Source of the DNA: Alphaproteobacteria bacterium
GTDB taxonomy: Bacteria > Pseudomonadota > Alphaproteobacteria > Bin95
Direction: 5' to 3'
Assembly: GCA_038102935.1 (NCBI GenBank)
Contig: JAYNYG010000006.1
Coordinates: 38,748 to 102,747 of the forward strand
Length of the DNA: 64,000 bases
The notes beneath the pieces were generated by a model. It was given only the letters and a program-made list of their open reading frames with translations. It did no database searches and had not been told where the DNA came from. The position numbers were made by a program, and so were the translations under genes. Shown here one piece after another: positions 18,273 through 28,948 of the stretch; positions within the stretch are counted from its first letter, which is position 1, and every line of letters starts with the position of its first letter.

Positions 18273-19757
18273 ATGCCGGACTATGATGTCATTGTTGTTG
18301 GTGCGGGCAACGCCGCCCATGCCGCCGCCTTTTCTGCATATGAGAACGGCGCCAAACGCGTTTTGATCCTGGAAAAAGCCCCAGAGGAAGATCGCGGTGG
18401 CAACACACATTATTCTGGCGGTCTGCTGCGGATCGCCTTCGAAGAAACGGAAGATTTACGGCCATTGGTGCCGGATGCGGAAGCGGAAATCTCCGGGTTC
18501 TTTGAAGATGTCGAACCGTACAAGAAGACGGACTTCATGGCTGATCTGATGCGCGTCACGGATGGCAAAACGGACCAGACGCTCGCCAACATCCTGATCA
18601 ACAACTCCTACGAGACGATCAAGTGGATGAAGGAAAAAGTCGGCATTCCAATGGAGCCTGCAACCTCGCTCGCTGCGATTAAGGTTGGCAACCGGATCAA
18701 ATGGCAAAAGGGCGCCATCATCCGCGCAGAGCATGAAGGCGTTGGCCTTTCCAAGCACTGGTTTGCGAATGCTGAGAAGGTCGGCATCGAAGTGCGTTAT
18801 GGCGCTGGCGTCGTGGGATTTGTTGAGGATGTAGGCGGCGGCGTCGGCGGGGTGAAAGTGCGCGGGCCGGAAGGGTTCTATGACGTGACGGCCAAAGCCG
18901 TAGTGCTTGGCTGTGGCGGATTCGAAGCTAACCCAATGATGCGCGGCCAATATCTCGGCGCGCCCTGGGACCACGCGAAAGTGCGCGGCACGGCCTATAA
19001 CCAAGGCGATGGTTTGCGGTTGGCGCTCGAATTCGGCGCGCAGCCCTGGGGGCAATGGACCGGGCGGCATTCAACGCCAATATCGAACGAATGGCCGGAC
19101 TTTGCAGACCGTGAGCGCACGGACAAATCAAACCGTCTTTCATATCCTTACGGCGTTATGCTGAACCGAAAAGGCAAGCGCTTCCTAGATGAGGGCGAGG
19201 ATCTTGGCCTGTATACCTACGCGAAAACCGGCGCCTCCATTCTGGAGGAACCCGGCGCGATGGCTTGGCAAATCTTTGATCAGCGGACGGTTGAACATCT
19301 TGAGGGCCGCTATGTAACCAGCGATCCAATTGAAGCTGATACGCTGGACGAACTCATCGATATTTTGGATTTCGATGATCGGGCGGCGGCGAAGCAATCG
19401 CTCAGGGATTATAATACGGCGGCGGCGGACCCTGCAGGTTTTGATCCATCAAAGAAGGATGGATTGCGGACGACTGGCCTGAATCCAGAAAAGACAAACT
19501 GGGCGCTGCCACTTGATAAGCCGCCCTTCGTTGCTTACTCAGCCACAGGCGGCATCACGTTCACTTTTGGCGGTGTAAAAGTTTCTGAGAAAGCCGAAGT
19601 CATCGGCGTCGATTGGCGGCCCATACCCGGCTTATTCGCGTGTGGCGAGATGGTCGGCGGATTATTTCATGGCAATTATCCAGGCGGATCCGGCCTAGTC
19701 TCTGGCGCTGTATTTGGGAAGATTGCGGGCGCGAGCGCCGCTGCGGCGAGCGCCTAA
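18273..19757 (+). CDS. FAD-dependent oxidoreductase, tricarballylate dehydrogenase TcuA-like
   Basis: 494 aa; VVGAGNAA, RGGNTHY, GCGGFEAN, VRGTAYNQGDG, GITFTFGG, GEMVGGLF..NYPGGSGL. Confidence 0.82.
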   Translation: MPDYDVIVVGAGNAAHAAAFSAYENGAKRVLILEKAPEEDRGGNTHYSGGLLRIAFEETEDLRPLVPDAEAEISGFFEDVEPYKKTDFMADLMRVTDGKTDQTLANILINNSYETIKWMKEKVGIPMEPATSLAAIKVGNRIKWQKGAIIRAEHEGVGLSKHWFANAEKVGIEVRYGAGVVGFVEDVGGGVGGVKVRGPEGFYDVTAKAVVLGCGGFEANPMMRGQYLGAPWDHAKVRGTAYNQGDGLRLALEFGAQPWGQWTGRHSTPISNEWPDFADRERTDKSNRLSYPYGVMLNRKGKRFLDEGEDLGLYTYAKTGASILEEPGAMAWQIFDQRTVEHLEGRYVTSDPIEADTLDELIDILDFDDRAAAKQSLRDYNTAAADPAGFDPSKKDGLRTTGLNPEKTNWALPLDKPPFVAYSATGGITFTFGGVKVSEKAEVIGVDWRPIPGLFACGEMVGGLFHGNYPGGSGLVSGAVFGKIAGASAAAASA

Positions 19758-19825
19758 ATCGCATTCTGACACTGGGATAAAGCGACGAGGCTTGACCCGC
19801 GCTGCATAGGCCGCACATTGAGGCT

Positions 19826-21760
19826 ATGGATAATTCGAGTCCCAAAGCAAAGGCAAAGCGTTCTGCCCCTTCATTGGGATCAGCAGACGCTGCCGCTGCT
19901 GACAATGCATCTGAAGGGTCCAGCCGGATTGAAGACGGCATTCAGGTTCTAAAGACCGCCATCAAGACATTGCCGAACGGGCCTGGCGTATACCGCATGC
20001 TCGATGCGCGTGGGACAGCGCTTTACGTTGGTAAGGCGCGCTCGCTGAAAAAGCGTGTACCGTCATACACCCGCATCAATCAATTGCCGAACCGCCTGAA
20101 GCGGATGGTGTCTGAAACGGCGAATCTTGAGATCGTGACGACCCATACTGAGGTCGAGGCTTTGCTGCTTGAGATCAATATGATCAAGCAGCTCCGGCCT
20201 CGCTACAATGTGCTGCTGCGGGACGACAAAAGCTTTCCGCATATTCTGATCGCGCGGGATCATACATATCCGCAGATCGTGAAACATCGCGGCGCGCAAA
20301 AGCGGGAAGGGGACTATTTCGGCCCGTTCGCCTCTGCCGGCGCTGTTAACCGAACGCTAACAGCGCTGCAGAAGGCGTTTTTGCTGCGATCTTGCAATGA
20401 CGCCGTGTTCCGCGCGCGCACCCGCCCGTGCCTGCTCTACCAAATTAAACGCTGTGCGGCGCCCTGTGTGGAATATGTGTCAGGCGACGAATATGAGTTG
20501 CTTGTGGCTGAGGCAAAGCGCTTTCTGACCGGCGATAGCCGCAAAGTACAAGATACATTCGCCAAGCGTATGAATGAAGCGGCGGAGGCGCTCGATTTCG
20601 AAACTGCCGCCGCATATCGGGATCGTATCCGCGCGCTCGCCCATGTTTCCAGCCGTCAGGACATCAACGTCGAGGGCGTCGGCGATGCGGACGTGTTCGC
20701 CTTGGCTGAGCAGGGCGGGCAAACCTGCGTTCAGGCGATCTTCTTCCGAGGCGGCCAGAATTTTGGCGGCCGCGCGTATTTCCCAAGCCAGACGCGCGAT
20801 CTCTCACCCAGAGAAGCGCTTGCCGCCTTCCTCGGCCAATTCTATGGCGACCGTCCGCCACCGCCGCTGATCTTGGTATCCGAACTGCCGGAAGAGCTTG
20901 ATCTGCTTGAGGAAGCGCTGGCGCTGAAGGCAGAGCGCCGAGTTTATGTTCGCGCGCCGCAGCGAGGCGGCAAACGGCGTCTTCTCGACAACACGCTCGC
21001 TAACGCTAAGGACGCGCTAGGCCGCCGTATGGCCGAAAGCGCGACGCTTCTGAAGCTCATGACCGGTGTTGCCGAAGCCTTTGGATTGGAGGCCCGCCCG
21101 GCGCGGATTGAGGTTTATGACAACTCGCATCTTGGCGGAACGAAGCCTGTCGGCGGGATGGTCGTCGCCGGACCCGAAGGGTTTCAGAAGAATCAGTACC
21201 GCAAGTTCAACATTCGCACCGTCGACGATGGCGATGATTACGCGATGATGCGCGAGGTCATGACCCGCCGCTTTAAGCGCGCCCAAGAAGCGGAAGCGGA
21301 TGGGGAGGACGTCATATGGCCCGATCTGCTGCTAATTGATGGCGGCAAAGGCCAGCTCTCAGCAGTGAGTGAGGCGCTAACCGAACTCGGCGTTGAAGAC
21401 TTGGCCGTTGTGGGCGTCGCTAAAGGGCCGGACCGGGACGCTGGGCGCGAGCGCTTCTTCATGGCAGGTCGGGATGCGTTTCTGCTGCCAGAGAACGATC
21501 CCGTCCTGCATTACCTGCAACGCCTTAGGGACGAGGCGCATCGCTACGTGATCGGCGCGCAACGCCAACGGCGCGCGAAGGCGATCAGCGAGAACCCGTT
21601 GGATGATGTTGCAGGCGTCGGCGCTGCCAGAAAACGTGCGCTCCTCGCGAGATTTGGGTCAGCGAAAGCGGTAGGCCGGGCCGGGTTGGAAGATCTTGAG
21701 ACGACGCCGGGGATCAGCAAAGCCGTTGCACAGCGTGTCTATGATCACTTCAACGGATAA
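19826..21760 (+). CDS. uvrC: Excinuclease ABC subunit C
   Basis: 644 aa; GIY-YIG (PGVYRM...LYVGKA), Cys-rich CLLYQIKRCAAPC, IEVYDNSH, LIDGGKGQ, RDEAHR, C-terminal HhH. Confidence 0.97.
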   Translation: MDNSSPKAKAKRSAPSLGSADAAAADNASEGSSRIEDGIQVLKTAIKTLPNGPGVYRMLDARGTALYVGKARSLKKRVPSYTRINQLPNRLKRMVSETANLEIVTTHTEVEALLLEINMIKQLRPRYNVLLRDDKSFPHILIARDHTYPQIVKHRGAQKREGDYFGPFASAGAVNRTLTALQKAFLLRSCNDAVFRARTRPCLLYQIKRCAAPCVEYVSGDEYELLVAEAKRFLTGDSRKVQDTFAKRMNEAAEALDFETAAAYRDRIRALAHVSSRQDINVEGVGDADVFALAEQGGQTCVQAIFFRGGQNFGGRAYFPSQTRDLSPREALAAFLGQFYGDRPPPPLILVSELPEELDLLEEALALKAERRVYVRAPQRGGKRRLLDNTLANAKDALGRRMAESATLLKLMTGVAEAFGLEARPARIEVYDNSHLGGTKPVGGMVVAGPEGFQKNQYRKFNIRTVDDGDDYAMMREVMTRRFKRAQEAEADGEDVIWPDLLLIDGGKGQLSAVSEALTELGVEDLAVVGVAKGPDRDAGRERFFMAGRDAFLLPENDPVLHYLQRLRDEAHRYVIGAQRQRRAKAISENPLDDVAGVGAARKRALLARFGSAKAVGRAGLEDLETTPGISKAVAQRVYDHFNG

Positions 21761-21766
21761 TTTGCT

Positions 21767-23320
21767 CTAACTGGGTGCCCCGTACCCGCCGCCGCCCGGC
21801 AGCCGCAACGTAATCGTCTGGCCGGGTTGTAGCACATGATCGGCGCGGGCGTTTGCTGGCTCGCCATCGATTAGGACAGCCCCGCATGCGCCATCTTCGC
21901 CGCCGAGTAGGCCATGGGCCGGATGGCGGAGGCGCTCGGCCATGAAGATGATGCCGATTTCATCGTCGCCCACATGCTCTAGCTGGATTTCCTGGCCGAG
22001 CCCGCCAGTTTGCGCGCCTTTGCCGCCAGATCCATCGCGTAATTGCTTGCACGTGACGAAGAACGGCGTGTTTCGTTCCGTCAGCTCTACCGGCACGTTC
22101 GAGATGTTGGAAGGCCAGGAATAGCAGCTTTGCCCATCTGTTTCCGCCGTAGCGCCGGAGCCGCCGTTGAAGAACAGCGTGTTGGCATAGGGCTTACCGT
22201 CCTTGCCCACACCCGTTTGAATGATCGACCAAAGCGGCGATCCTGACGCCGCCATCACTTTGTCTGGCAACGCTTGCGCCAAAGCGCCAAAGATGGCAAC
22301 CGGGAGATAGTGGCCGGTCGCCATCCGCCCACCGACAGCGACGGGTCGGGTTGGGTTCACGATGGTGCCTGCTTCAGCAGTAACTTCAATGCAGCGGAAT
22401 ACGCCTTCATTGTTTGGCAAATTCGGCAGGAAAGCGCATTTCAATGCGTAGGATGTCATCGCGAAAGTGTAGACGAGAGGGCAGTTGATCGCCCGCCCGA
22501 CCTGCTTGCTTGTGCCAGTCCAATCGACATGCACGCGGTCGCCAGTGATCGTCACAGCGACTTGGTAGCGGAATGGTTGATCCATGCCGTCCGTCTCAAA
22601 GCCGAACTCATAGCGGCCGTCTGGCGCCGCCTTGAAGGCCGCGCGCATGGCGGTTTCACAACGGCCATGGATTTCGGCGGCGAAGTCCTCAAGCGAGGTC
22701 AGCGCGTATTCGTCCATCAGCGCGTTCAGGCGCTGCTCCATCAGATCAAGCGCCGTGACTTGCGCCCATATATCTCCTTCGGTTTGATCGGGCGTGCGGA
22801 CGGCCGCGCGCATTAACTTAAAGAACGTGGCGTCCGGCTCGCCATCACGAATGAGATGCATTGCCGGTATTGCAAATCCTTCCTCGAACACCTCGCGCGC
22901 AACGACCGAGCGCACTTTGCCGCCAATATCTGGCGCATGGGCGGTGGAGGCGCAGAAGGCGACCAGCTGGCCATCCCGAAACACAGGCTTTGCGATGGTG
23001 ATGTCGTTCAAGTGCCCAGTGCCGACCCATGGGTCGTTGCAGACCAGGAAATCGCCGGGGCGCATATCATCGACGCCGATGACATCGAGGAAGTGTTTCA
23101 CAGTAACTGGCAGGCAGCCGTTGAAGGACGGAATACTCTCAGTGTTCTGCACCAATGATGCGCCGGTCGCGTCTGTCAGAACACAGGCGAAATCGTTGCT
23201 TTCGTTCACTAGCGTTGAGAAGGAGACGCGTTGCAGCGTCTTGGCGGCCTCATCAGCAGCGGAGATCATGCGCCGCCAGAGAATTTCGAGCGTCACGGCG
23301 TCAAATGCGGATTTGGTCAT
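21767..23320 (-). CDS. Hydantoinase B / oxoprolinase family protein
   Basis: STLVNESNDF, NDPWVGTGHLND, HAPDIGG, EEGF, GGSGA, PGGGGYG; start taken as ATG 23320 (RBS GAGGA). Confidence 0.92.
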   Translation of the reverse strand: MTKSAFDAVTLEILWRRMISAADEAAKTLQRVSFSTLVNESNDFACVLTDATGASLVQNTESIPSFNGCLPVTVKHFLDVIGVDDMRPGDFLVCNDPWVGTGHLNDITIAKPVFRDGQLVAFCASTAHAPDIGGKVRSVVAREVFEEGFAIPAMHLIRDGEPDATFFKLMRAAVRTPDQTEGDIWAQVTALDLMEQRLNALMDEYALTSLEDFAAEIHGRCETAMRAAFKAAPDGRYEFGFETDGMDQPFRYQVAVTITGDRVHVDWTGTSKQVGRAINCPLVYTFAMTSYALKCAFLPNLPNNEGVFRCIEVTAEAGTIVNPTRPVAVGGRMATGHYLPVAIFGALAQALPDKVMAASGSPLWSIIQTGVGKDGKPYANTLFFNGGSGATAETDGQSCYSWPSNISNVPVELTERNTPFFVTCKQLRDGSGGKGAQTGGLGQEIQLEHVGDDEIGIIFMAERLRHPAHGLLGGEDGACGAVLIDGEPANARADHVLQPGQTITLRLPGGGGYGAPS

Positions 23321-23333
23321 TGGTTTGGCTTCC

Positions 23334-25412
23334 TCAATCCAGATCGACGACGATTTCGCCGCCTGCCGCAACGGTGAATGTGGCGCGTTCCGGGACGGCG
23401 AGCGTGGATTCGCGTTCTTCGACTAAAGCTGGTCCCGCATAGGCGTCTCCGGGACGGAGTGCATAGCGGTCATAGACAGGGGCTGCTTGAAAGACCTTTC
23501 GATCCGGCGACCAAACCTGCCGCTCGCCTTTCTGCTTTGGCGCATCTGTCGCTGTATTGGCGGCACTGGTAGAGGCGACGCCGGCTTCGGCAGAGGCGGC
23601 AATGCGGATGTTTATTATTTCAACTGGCCCGGCAGGCGGCGTACGCGTGAATTGGGCCAAATAGGCTCGCTCAAACGCATCTTGCAGGAGTGTCGCAGAA
23701 CCGGCGTCATACGGCCCAGGCGGTAAGTCCACCACGATTTCGAAGGCTTGGCCGACATAGCGGACATCAGCGCGTCGATCTACTGTCGCGCTGGCAGCGT
23801 CAAGGCCGGTGGCGGCGATGACGGACCGAGCATCAGCCTCCATCTTGGCGAAGGCGGCTTCGAATGTTGGCCAATCCAACGCGTCCATGCGTTTGGCCAC
23901 AGTGGCGACGCGGTCTACACGAGCCGGCGCAATCAGCAGGCCGATGGCAGAGGCAACGCCCGCAGATGCCGGAGATATCATGCGCTTCAGGCCAAGCTTG
24001 CGGGCGACATCAGCGCCATGCAGAGGCCCGCCGCCGCCTGTGGCCAAAAGCGCATAGCGGCGCGGGTCCTTGCCGCGTTCCGCGATATGAACGCGTGCGG
24101 CGGATGCCATCGTCTCGTTCACAACGTCGCGAATGCCTTGCGCGATTTCTGCGCGACTGAGGTTCGCTGCATTCGCTAAGCCATCGAGCGAGGCGTCTGC
24201 TGCGGGCATGTCGATCAGCATTATGCCGCCGGCAAAGCTCTCAGCATCCAGCAAGCCGAGTGCGAAATTTGCATCTGTAACTGTCGGCGCCGTACCGCCG
24301 AGTCCATAACAAGCTGGGCCAGGATCGGATCCGGCGCTGTCCGGCCCCACCTTCAGCAAGCCGATCTCATCCAGCCGTGCAATTGATCCGCCGCCAGCGC
24401 CGATCTCAATAAGCTCGATCGTGGATGTGCGGATCGGCAGGCCGCTGCCCTCAGCAAAGCGTTTTTCGCGCGCTGCTTCAAAATGGTAGGCGACTTCAGG
24501 CTTGCCATCATCGACGACGGCGAGCTTCGCCGTGGTTCCGCCCATATCGAACGCCAATACATCTCCGCCAGCAGATTCGCGGCCAAACCAGGCTGCTGCA
24601 AGCGCGCCGGCTGCAGGGCCTGATTCCAGCAACGCGACCGGCGCGCGTTTGGCTTCGGTAAGGTCTGAAAGCCCGCCGTTTGATAGCATCAACAGCAGCG
24701 GCGCTTCGACGCCCGCTTGCCGCAACCCGGCTTGAATGCCGTCCAGGTAATCCCGCGCCAGCGGCTTGATATAGGCGTTGGCTAGCGCTGTGGACGTCCG
24801 TTCATATTCCCGGATCTCTGGCGCTACATCAGATGACACACTGACGGCGATATCTGGATAGGCCTCTACGACAATCGCCGCCGCCGCTTGCTCATGGGTC
24901 GGGTTCGCATAGGCATGCAGAAATGAAATGGCGATGGAGGTGACGCCGTCCTCGGCCAGAGCGTCTGCCGCGCGCCGCACACTTTCAGCATCTAGCGGTG
25001 TTTTGACGGCGCCCTCGAACGTCATGCGTTCCGTTGCTTCTAGCCGCCTATCGCGAGTCGCCAGTGGGCGCGGTTTTTGGATGTGGATATCGTAGAGTTC
25101 ATATTTCCGCTCGCGCCCAATATCAACGACATCGCGGAAACCTTCCGTCGCGATCAAACCTGTCTCAGCGCCTTTGCGCTCAATGAGCGCGTTTGTGAAA
25201 AGCGTTGTTGCGTGGACAACGCGGCCAATCTCTTCTGCGGGCACGCCATCCTCGCTGATGACTTCCTGCACGCCTGTCAGCACGGCGCGGGCAGGGTCGT
25301 CGTGCGTCGTCAGCAATTTGCGGGAGAATTGGCGGCCTTCCGTGTGATCTTGCACAACAACATCTGTGAATGTACCGCCGATATCGATGCCAAGGGAGTA
25401 ACGCGTCGCCAT
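23334..25412 (-). CDS. Hydantoinase A / oxoprolinase family protein
   Basis: GIDIGGTFTD, HATTLFTNA, FLHAYANP, EYERTST, ESGPAAG, DMGGTT, GAGGGSI, GPDSAGSDPGPACY, PTVTDA; start taken as ATG 25412. Confidence 0.93.
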   Translation of the reverse strand: MATRYSLGIDIGGTFTDVVVQDHTEGRQFSRKLLTTHDDPARAVLTGVQEVISEDGVPAEEIGRVVHATTLFTNALIERKGAETGLIATEGFRDVVDIGRERKYELYDIHIQKPRPLATRDRRLEATERMTFEGAVKTPLDAESVRRAADALAEDGVTSIAISFLHAYANPTHEQAAAAIVVEAYPDIAVSVSSDVAPEIREYERTSTALANAYIKPLARDYLDGIQAGLRQAGVEAPLLLMLSNGGLSDLTEAKRAPVALLESGPAAGALAAAWFGRESAGGDVLAFDMGGTTAKLAVVDDGKPEVAYHFEAAREKRFAEGSGLPIRTSTIELIEIGAGGGSIARLDEIGLLKVGPDSAGSDPGPACYGLGGTAPTVTDANFALGLLDAESFAGGIMLIDMPAADASLDGLANAANLSRAEIAQGIRDVVNETMASAARVHIAERGKDPRRYALLATGGGGPLHGADVARKLGLKRMISPASAGVASAIGLLIAPARVDRVATVAKRMDALDWPTFEAAFAKMEADARSVIAATGLDAASATVDRRADVRYVGQAFEIVVDLPPGPYDAGSATLLQDAFERAYLAQFTRTPPAGPVEIINIRIAASAEAGVASTSAANTATDAPKQKGERQVWSPDRKVFQAAPVYDRYALRPGDAYAGPALVEERESTLAVPERATFTVAAGGEIVVDLD

Positions 25413-25570
25413 GCTTAGAAAACCTGATTTCCGGGTTGGAAGGATCAGGCTAACCGCGCAAAGCGCATGCGCCAAGCAGCCTGTTCATAGGAGCCTGCTA
25501 TGGACAAAGCGCCCACCGCCGCTTCACGATACGATTATCATAGCTTCAAGCATTCGCAGGACTGAGAAAT

Positions 25571-26356
25571 ATGCAGATTGATCTTTCGGGGCGTACCGCG
25601 CTGATCACGGGCGGCTCCATGGGCCTTGGCCGGGCCATGGGCATAAAAATGGCGGCGGCAGGGGCGAATATCGTGCCGGTGGCGCGGCGCCAGGAACCGC
25701 TGGACGAGACAGTGAAGCTAATCACGGGCGCGGGCGGTAAAGCGCATGCAATCGCCTGCGATGTGACCGACCCGACCGCCATTGAGGCCGCCTATGCGGA
25801 AGCCGTGAGCGCCTATGGGCAGGTCGATATTCTTGTGAACAACGCCGGCTCAAGCCTGCGTGGGCCTTTCTTGCAGATGACGGATGAAGACTGGAAGAAC
25901 GATCTTGAGCTCAAGCTCTTCGCGCAAATCCGTTTCTCCCGTTTGGCGTTCGCCGATATGAAGGAGCGGAAATGGGGCCGGATCATCAATATCCTGAACA
26001 CGGGCGCGAAGGCGCCCGCGGCTGAGGGCGCCCCAACCGCTGTGACCCGCGCCGCCGGGTTGGCGCTTTCAAAGATTCTCTCCAATGAAGGCGCACCGCA
26101 TAATATTTTGGTCAACGCGATGATGACGGGCCTGATCGATAGCGATCAGCATGTCCGCAAGCACGCAGCTGATAATCGCGGCATCACCTATGATGATTTT
26201 AAGTTGGAGATGGCCGAAAAGGCGCGCATCCCGCTTGGCCGGATCGGCACGTCTGAGGAATTTGCAAACGTCGCCTGTTTCTTGGCGTCAGATGAGGCTT
26301 CATACGTGACGGGCGTAGACATCAACGTGGATGGCGGCCGCTCTCCGGTCACCTGA
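25571..26356 (+). CDS. Short-chain dehydrogenase/reductase (SDR)
   Basis: 261 aa; TGGSMGLG, NNAG, YVTGVDINVDGG; catalytic YxxxK replaced by TAVTR, so an atypical active site. Confidence 0.9.
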   Translation: MQIDLSGRTALITGGSMGLGRAMGIKMAAAGANIVPVARRQEPLDETVKLITGAGGKAHAIACDVTDPTAIEAAYAEAVSAYGQVDILVNNAGSSLRGPFLQMTDEDWKNDLELKLFAQIRFSRLAFADMKERKWGRIINILNTGAKAPAAEGAPTAVTRAAGLALSKILSNEGAPHNILVNAMMTGLIDSDQHVRKHAADNRGITYDDFKLEMAEKARIPLGRIGTSEEFANVACFLASDEASYVTGVDINVDGGRSPVT

Positions 26357-26385
26357 TCAAAGCAATTAATTTTGGGAGAATGGCG

Positions 26386-27669
26386 ATGGCTGAAGCAGCA
26401 GTTGCGCAAGACATGACAGAAGCAGAATTGGTTGAGCTGGCGAAGCAGGTTCTGCCTGCAGGCGGGTTCGGCAATGTAAGCTATCCATTGGTGGTGGCGC
26501 GCGGCGAAGGCAGCCATGTTTGGGATGTGAGCGGGAACGAGTATATCGATTATCTGCTCGGTTCCGGACCGATGATTGTCGGCCATGGCCAGCCAGAAGT
26601 GCTTGAAGTGACGCAGAATTGCTTGGGGCAAGGCACGACGTTCTTCGCGAACAACGCCCACGGCATTCTGCTAGCGAACGATATTGTCGAAGCCGTTCCA
26701 TCCGTCGAGCAAGTGCGGTTTGTATCGTCAGGTTCAGAAGCGGATATGTACGCGATGCGGTTGGTCCGCGCGCATACGGGCCGGGACAAAATTCTGAAGT
26801 TCGAAGGTGGTTATCATGGGATGAGCGATTTCGGGCTGATCAGCTTGGCGCCGAAGCGTTCCAGCAACTTCCCAGTTGGCATTCCGGATAGCGCGGGTAT
26901 CCCAAAAAGCGTGCAGCAGGAAATGCTGGTGGCGCCGTATAACGATCTCAAAATGGTCGAAAGCCTCGTCAAAGAGCATAAGGGCGAAATCGCGGCGATT
27001 CTGGCGGAACCGTTCCAGCGGTTGATCCCGCCACAACCGGGTTTCCTGGAGGGCCTTCGCCGAATCACGGAAGAAAACGACATCCTGCTGATCTTCGATG
27101 AAGTGGTGACTGGTTTCCGTTTTGGCTATGGCGGCGCGCAGCAATATTACGGCGTCATGCCGGATATTTGCACAATGGGCAAAGCCATCGGCGGCGGATT
27201 TCCGCTGGCGGCGATTGGCGGCAAAGCTGAGATTATGGCGAACTTCGACAAAGCTGCCGTTGGCGAAGACAAATTCATGGCGCAGATCGGCACGCTTTCT
27301 GGCAACCCGGTCGCAGCTGCAGCTGGCCGCAAGACGCTTGAAATACTGAAGCGCCCTGGCTCATTCGAAACGCTGTTCGCGCGTGGTGAAGCGCTCATGC
27401 AGGGCTACCGTGATGTCCTGAAGCGCCGCAATATCGAAGCGCAGGTCGTTGGCGACGCGCCGATGTTTGACGTGATTTTCACATCGCAGCCCGTCGTCGA
27501 CTACCGCTCATCCATTGGCGATGCGGAGCAAGCGGCGAAGTACAACGCCGGTATGCGCAAACGCGGCATCCTGAAGAGCGAGAGCAAGCACTATATTGGC
27601 GTCTGCCATACAGAGGCGGATATCGAAGCAACCATTCGCGCATTTGACGAAAGCATGGCCGAGCTTTGA
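26386..27669 (+). CDS. Class III aminotransferase (GSA-aminomutase-like)
   Basis: YIDYLLGSGPMIVGH, SSGSEA, KFEGGYHG, IFDEVVTGFR, GKAIGGG (PLP Lys), GTLSGNP; start taken as ATG 26386 (RBS GGGAG). Confidence 0.9.
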   Translation: MAEAAVAQDMTEAELVELAKQVLPAGGFGNVSYPLVVARGEGSHVWDVSGNEYIDYLLGSGPMIVGHGQPEVLEVTQNCLGQGTTFFANNAHGILLANDIVEAVPSVEQVRFVSSGSEADMYAMRLVRAHTGRDKILKFEGGYHGMSDFGLISLAPKRSSNFPVGIPDSAGIPKSVQQEMLVAPYNDLKMVESLVKEHKGEIAAILAEPFQRLIPPQPGFLEGLRRITEENDILLIFDEVVTGFRFGYGGAQQYYGVMPDICTMGKAIGGGFPLAAIGGKAEIMANFDKAAVGEDKFMAQIGTLSGNPVAAAAGRKTLEILKRPGSFETLFARGEALMQGYRDVLKRRNIEAQVVGDAPMFDVIFTSQPVVDYRSSIGDAEQAAKYNAGMRKRGILKSESKHYIGVCHTEADIEATIRAFDESMAEL

Positions 27670-27703
27670 TTTCTGCCGATTGGGACTGGCAAAGGGCTAG
27701 TAT

Positions 27704-28921
27704 GTGACCCAGCCTAAAGGGCTAAGCGAGCGGCGCATCTTGTTTTGGATGTGCGTTCTCATCGCGATCAATCAACTTGGCTTCGGCGCTATCGTTCCCA
27801 CGATTTCGCTCTACGCAAAATCGTTTGGCGTTTCGACCTTTCTGATCGGCATGGCTGTTGCGATTTACGGTTTTGCGAGGCTCTTCGGCGCGCCTTGCGC
27901 AGGCATCTTGTCGGATAAGCTAGGGCGACGGCCTAGCCTGGCGTTGGGCGGTTTGGTTACAGCCCTTGGCAACATTATCTGTGCCGTGGCGGACGGATAC
28001 CCTGAGTTTATGGTCGGCAGATTCGTCGCCGGCGCAGGCGCAGGTTTGGTGCTGACGACTGGCCAGATCATTCTGGCTGATATTACGACGCCCGCGCGCC
28101 GAGGCCGTGTTATCTCGATCTATCAAGGCACGTTCATATTCGCCGTCGGAATCGGCCCGCTGCCGGGCGGATTGATCGCGGATCATTTTGGCTTAGCCGC
28201 GCCGTTTGCAGCATATGGCATCGCGGGCGTTGTTTGCGCGATCTGCGCTTGGTTTGCCATTGGTGAAACGCGAGACTTTGCATCCAACCGGGATGGCAAG
28301 CCTGCAGTCCAACCGGAACCGTTCTTTCAGCAATTGAAGCTTTTGGCGGCTAAGCGCGGCTACGTGCTGATCTGCATTGTGTCATTGATGAATGCAGTCG
28401 TCAGAACTGGCGGGCTGTTCAGCCTCATTCCATTGATCGGCGCAGTAAAACTTGAGCTCTCATTGAGCGAGATTGGGTTTGGATTAGCGCTTGGCAGCGG
28501 CCTTGGGCTTCTGGCCGCCTATCCCGCAGGCGCTTTGGCGGACCGTTTTGGCCGGAAACCCGTGATTGTGCCCGTGACCATCGTAACAGGCCTGTCGATG
28601 TGTCTGTTCGCCTTTGCTGGGGGCTACGAACTGTTCCTGGCCGGATGCGTTGTTTGGGGCATCGCGAGCGCTGTCGGCGGCGCAGCGCCTGCAGCCTATG
28701 CTGCGGATAGCGCGCCGCCGGGCATGAACGCCGCCACTATGAGCACCTTTCGGATGGTCGGCGATGTCGGCTACGTGGTTGGCCCGCTTTCGCTTGGCTT
28801 GATCGCAGATTTTGCTGGGACGGACATCGCATTGCTGGTCGCGGCCGCATGTATCATGCTTGCTGGGGTACTGTTCGCGTTTGCGGCGCCGGAGACTTGG
28901 CGCGGGCCAAGCAATGATTAG
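27704..28921 (+). CDS. MFS transporter
   Basis: 405 aa, GTG start; LSDKLGRR and LADRFGRK motifs; about 12 TM segments. Confidence 0.92.
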   Translation: MTQPKGLSERRILFWMCVLIAINQLGFGAIVPTISLYAKSFGVSTFLIGMAVAIYGFARLFGAPCAGILSDKLGRRPSLALGGLVTALGNIICAVADGYPEFMVGRFVAGAGAGLVLTTGQIILADITTPARRGRVISIYQGTFIFAVGIGPLPGGLIADHFGLAAPFAAYGIAGVVCAICAWFAIGETRDFASNRDGKPAVQPEPFFQQLKLLAAKRGYVLICIVSLMNAVVRTGGLFSLIPLIGAVKLELSLSEIGFGLALGSGLGLLAAYPAGALADRFGRKPVIVPVTIVTGLSMCLFAFAGGYELFLAGCVVWGIASAVGGAAPAAYAADSAPPGMNAATMSTFRMVGDVGYVVGPLSLGLIADFAGTDIALLVAAACIMLAGVLFAFAAPETWRGPSND

Positions 28922-28948
28922 GCGAAAGCTGAATAAGGAGGCGACGCC

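Noticed and set aside
26386-27669. Calling the aminotransferase hemL
   Set aside because: Alphaproteobacteria generally use ALA synthase; the context is catabolic, with no hem genes
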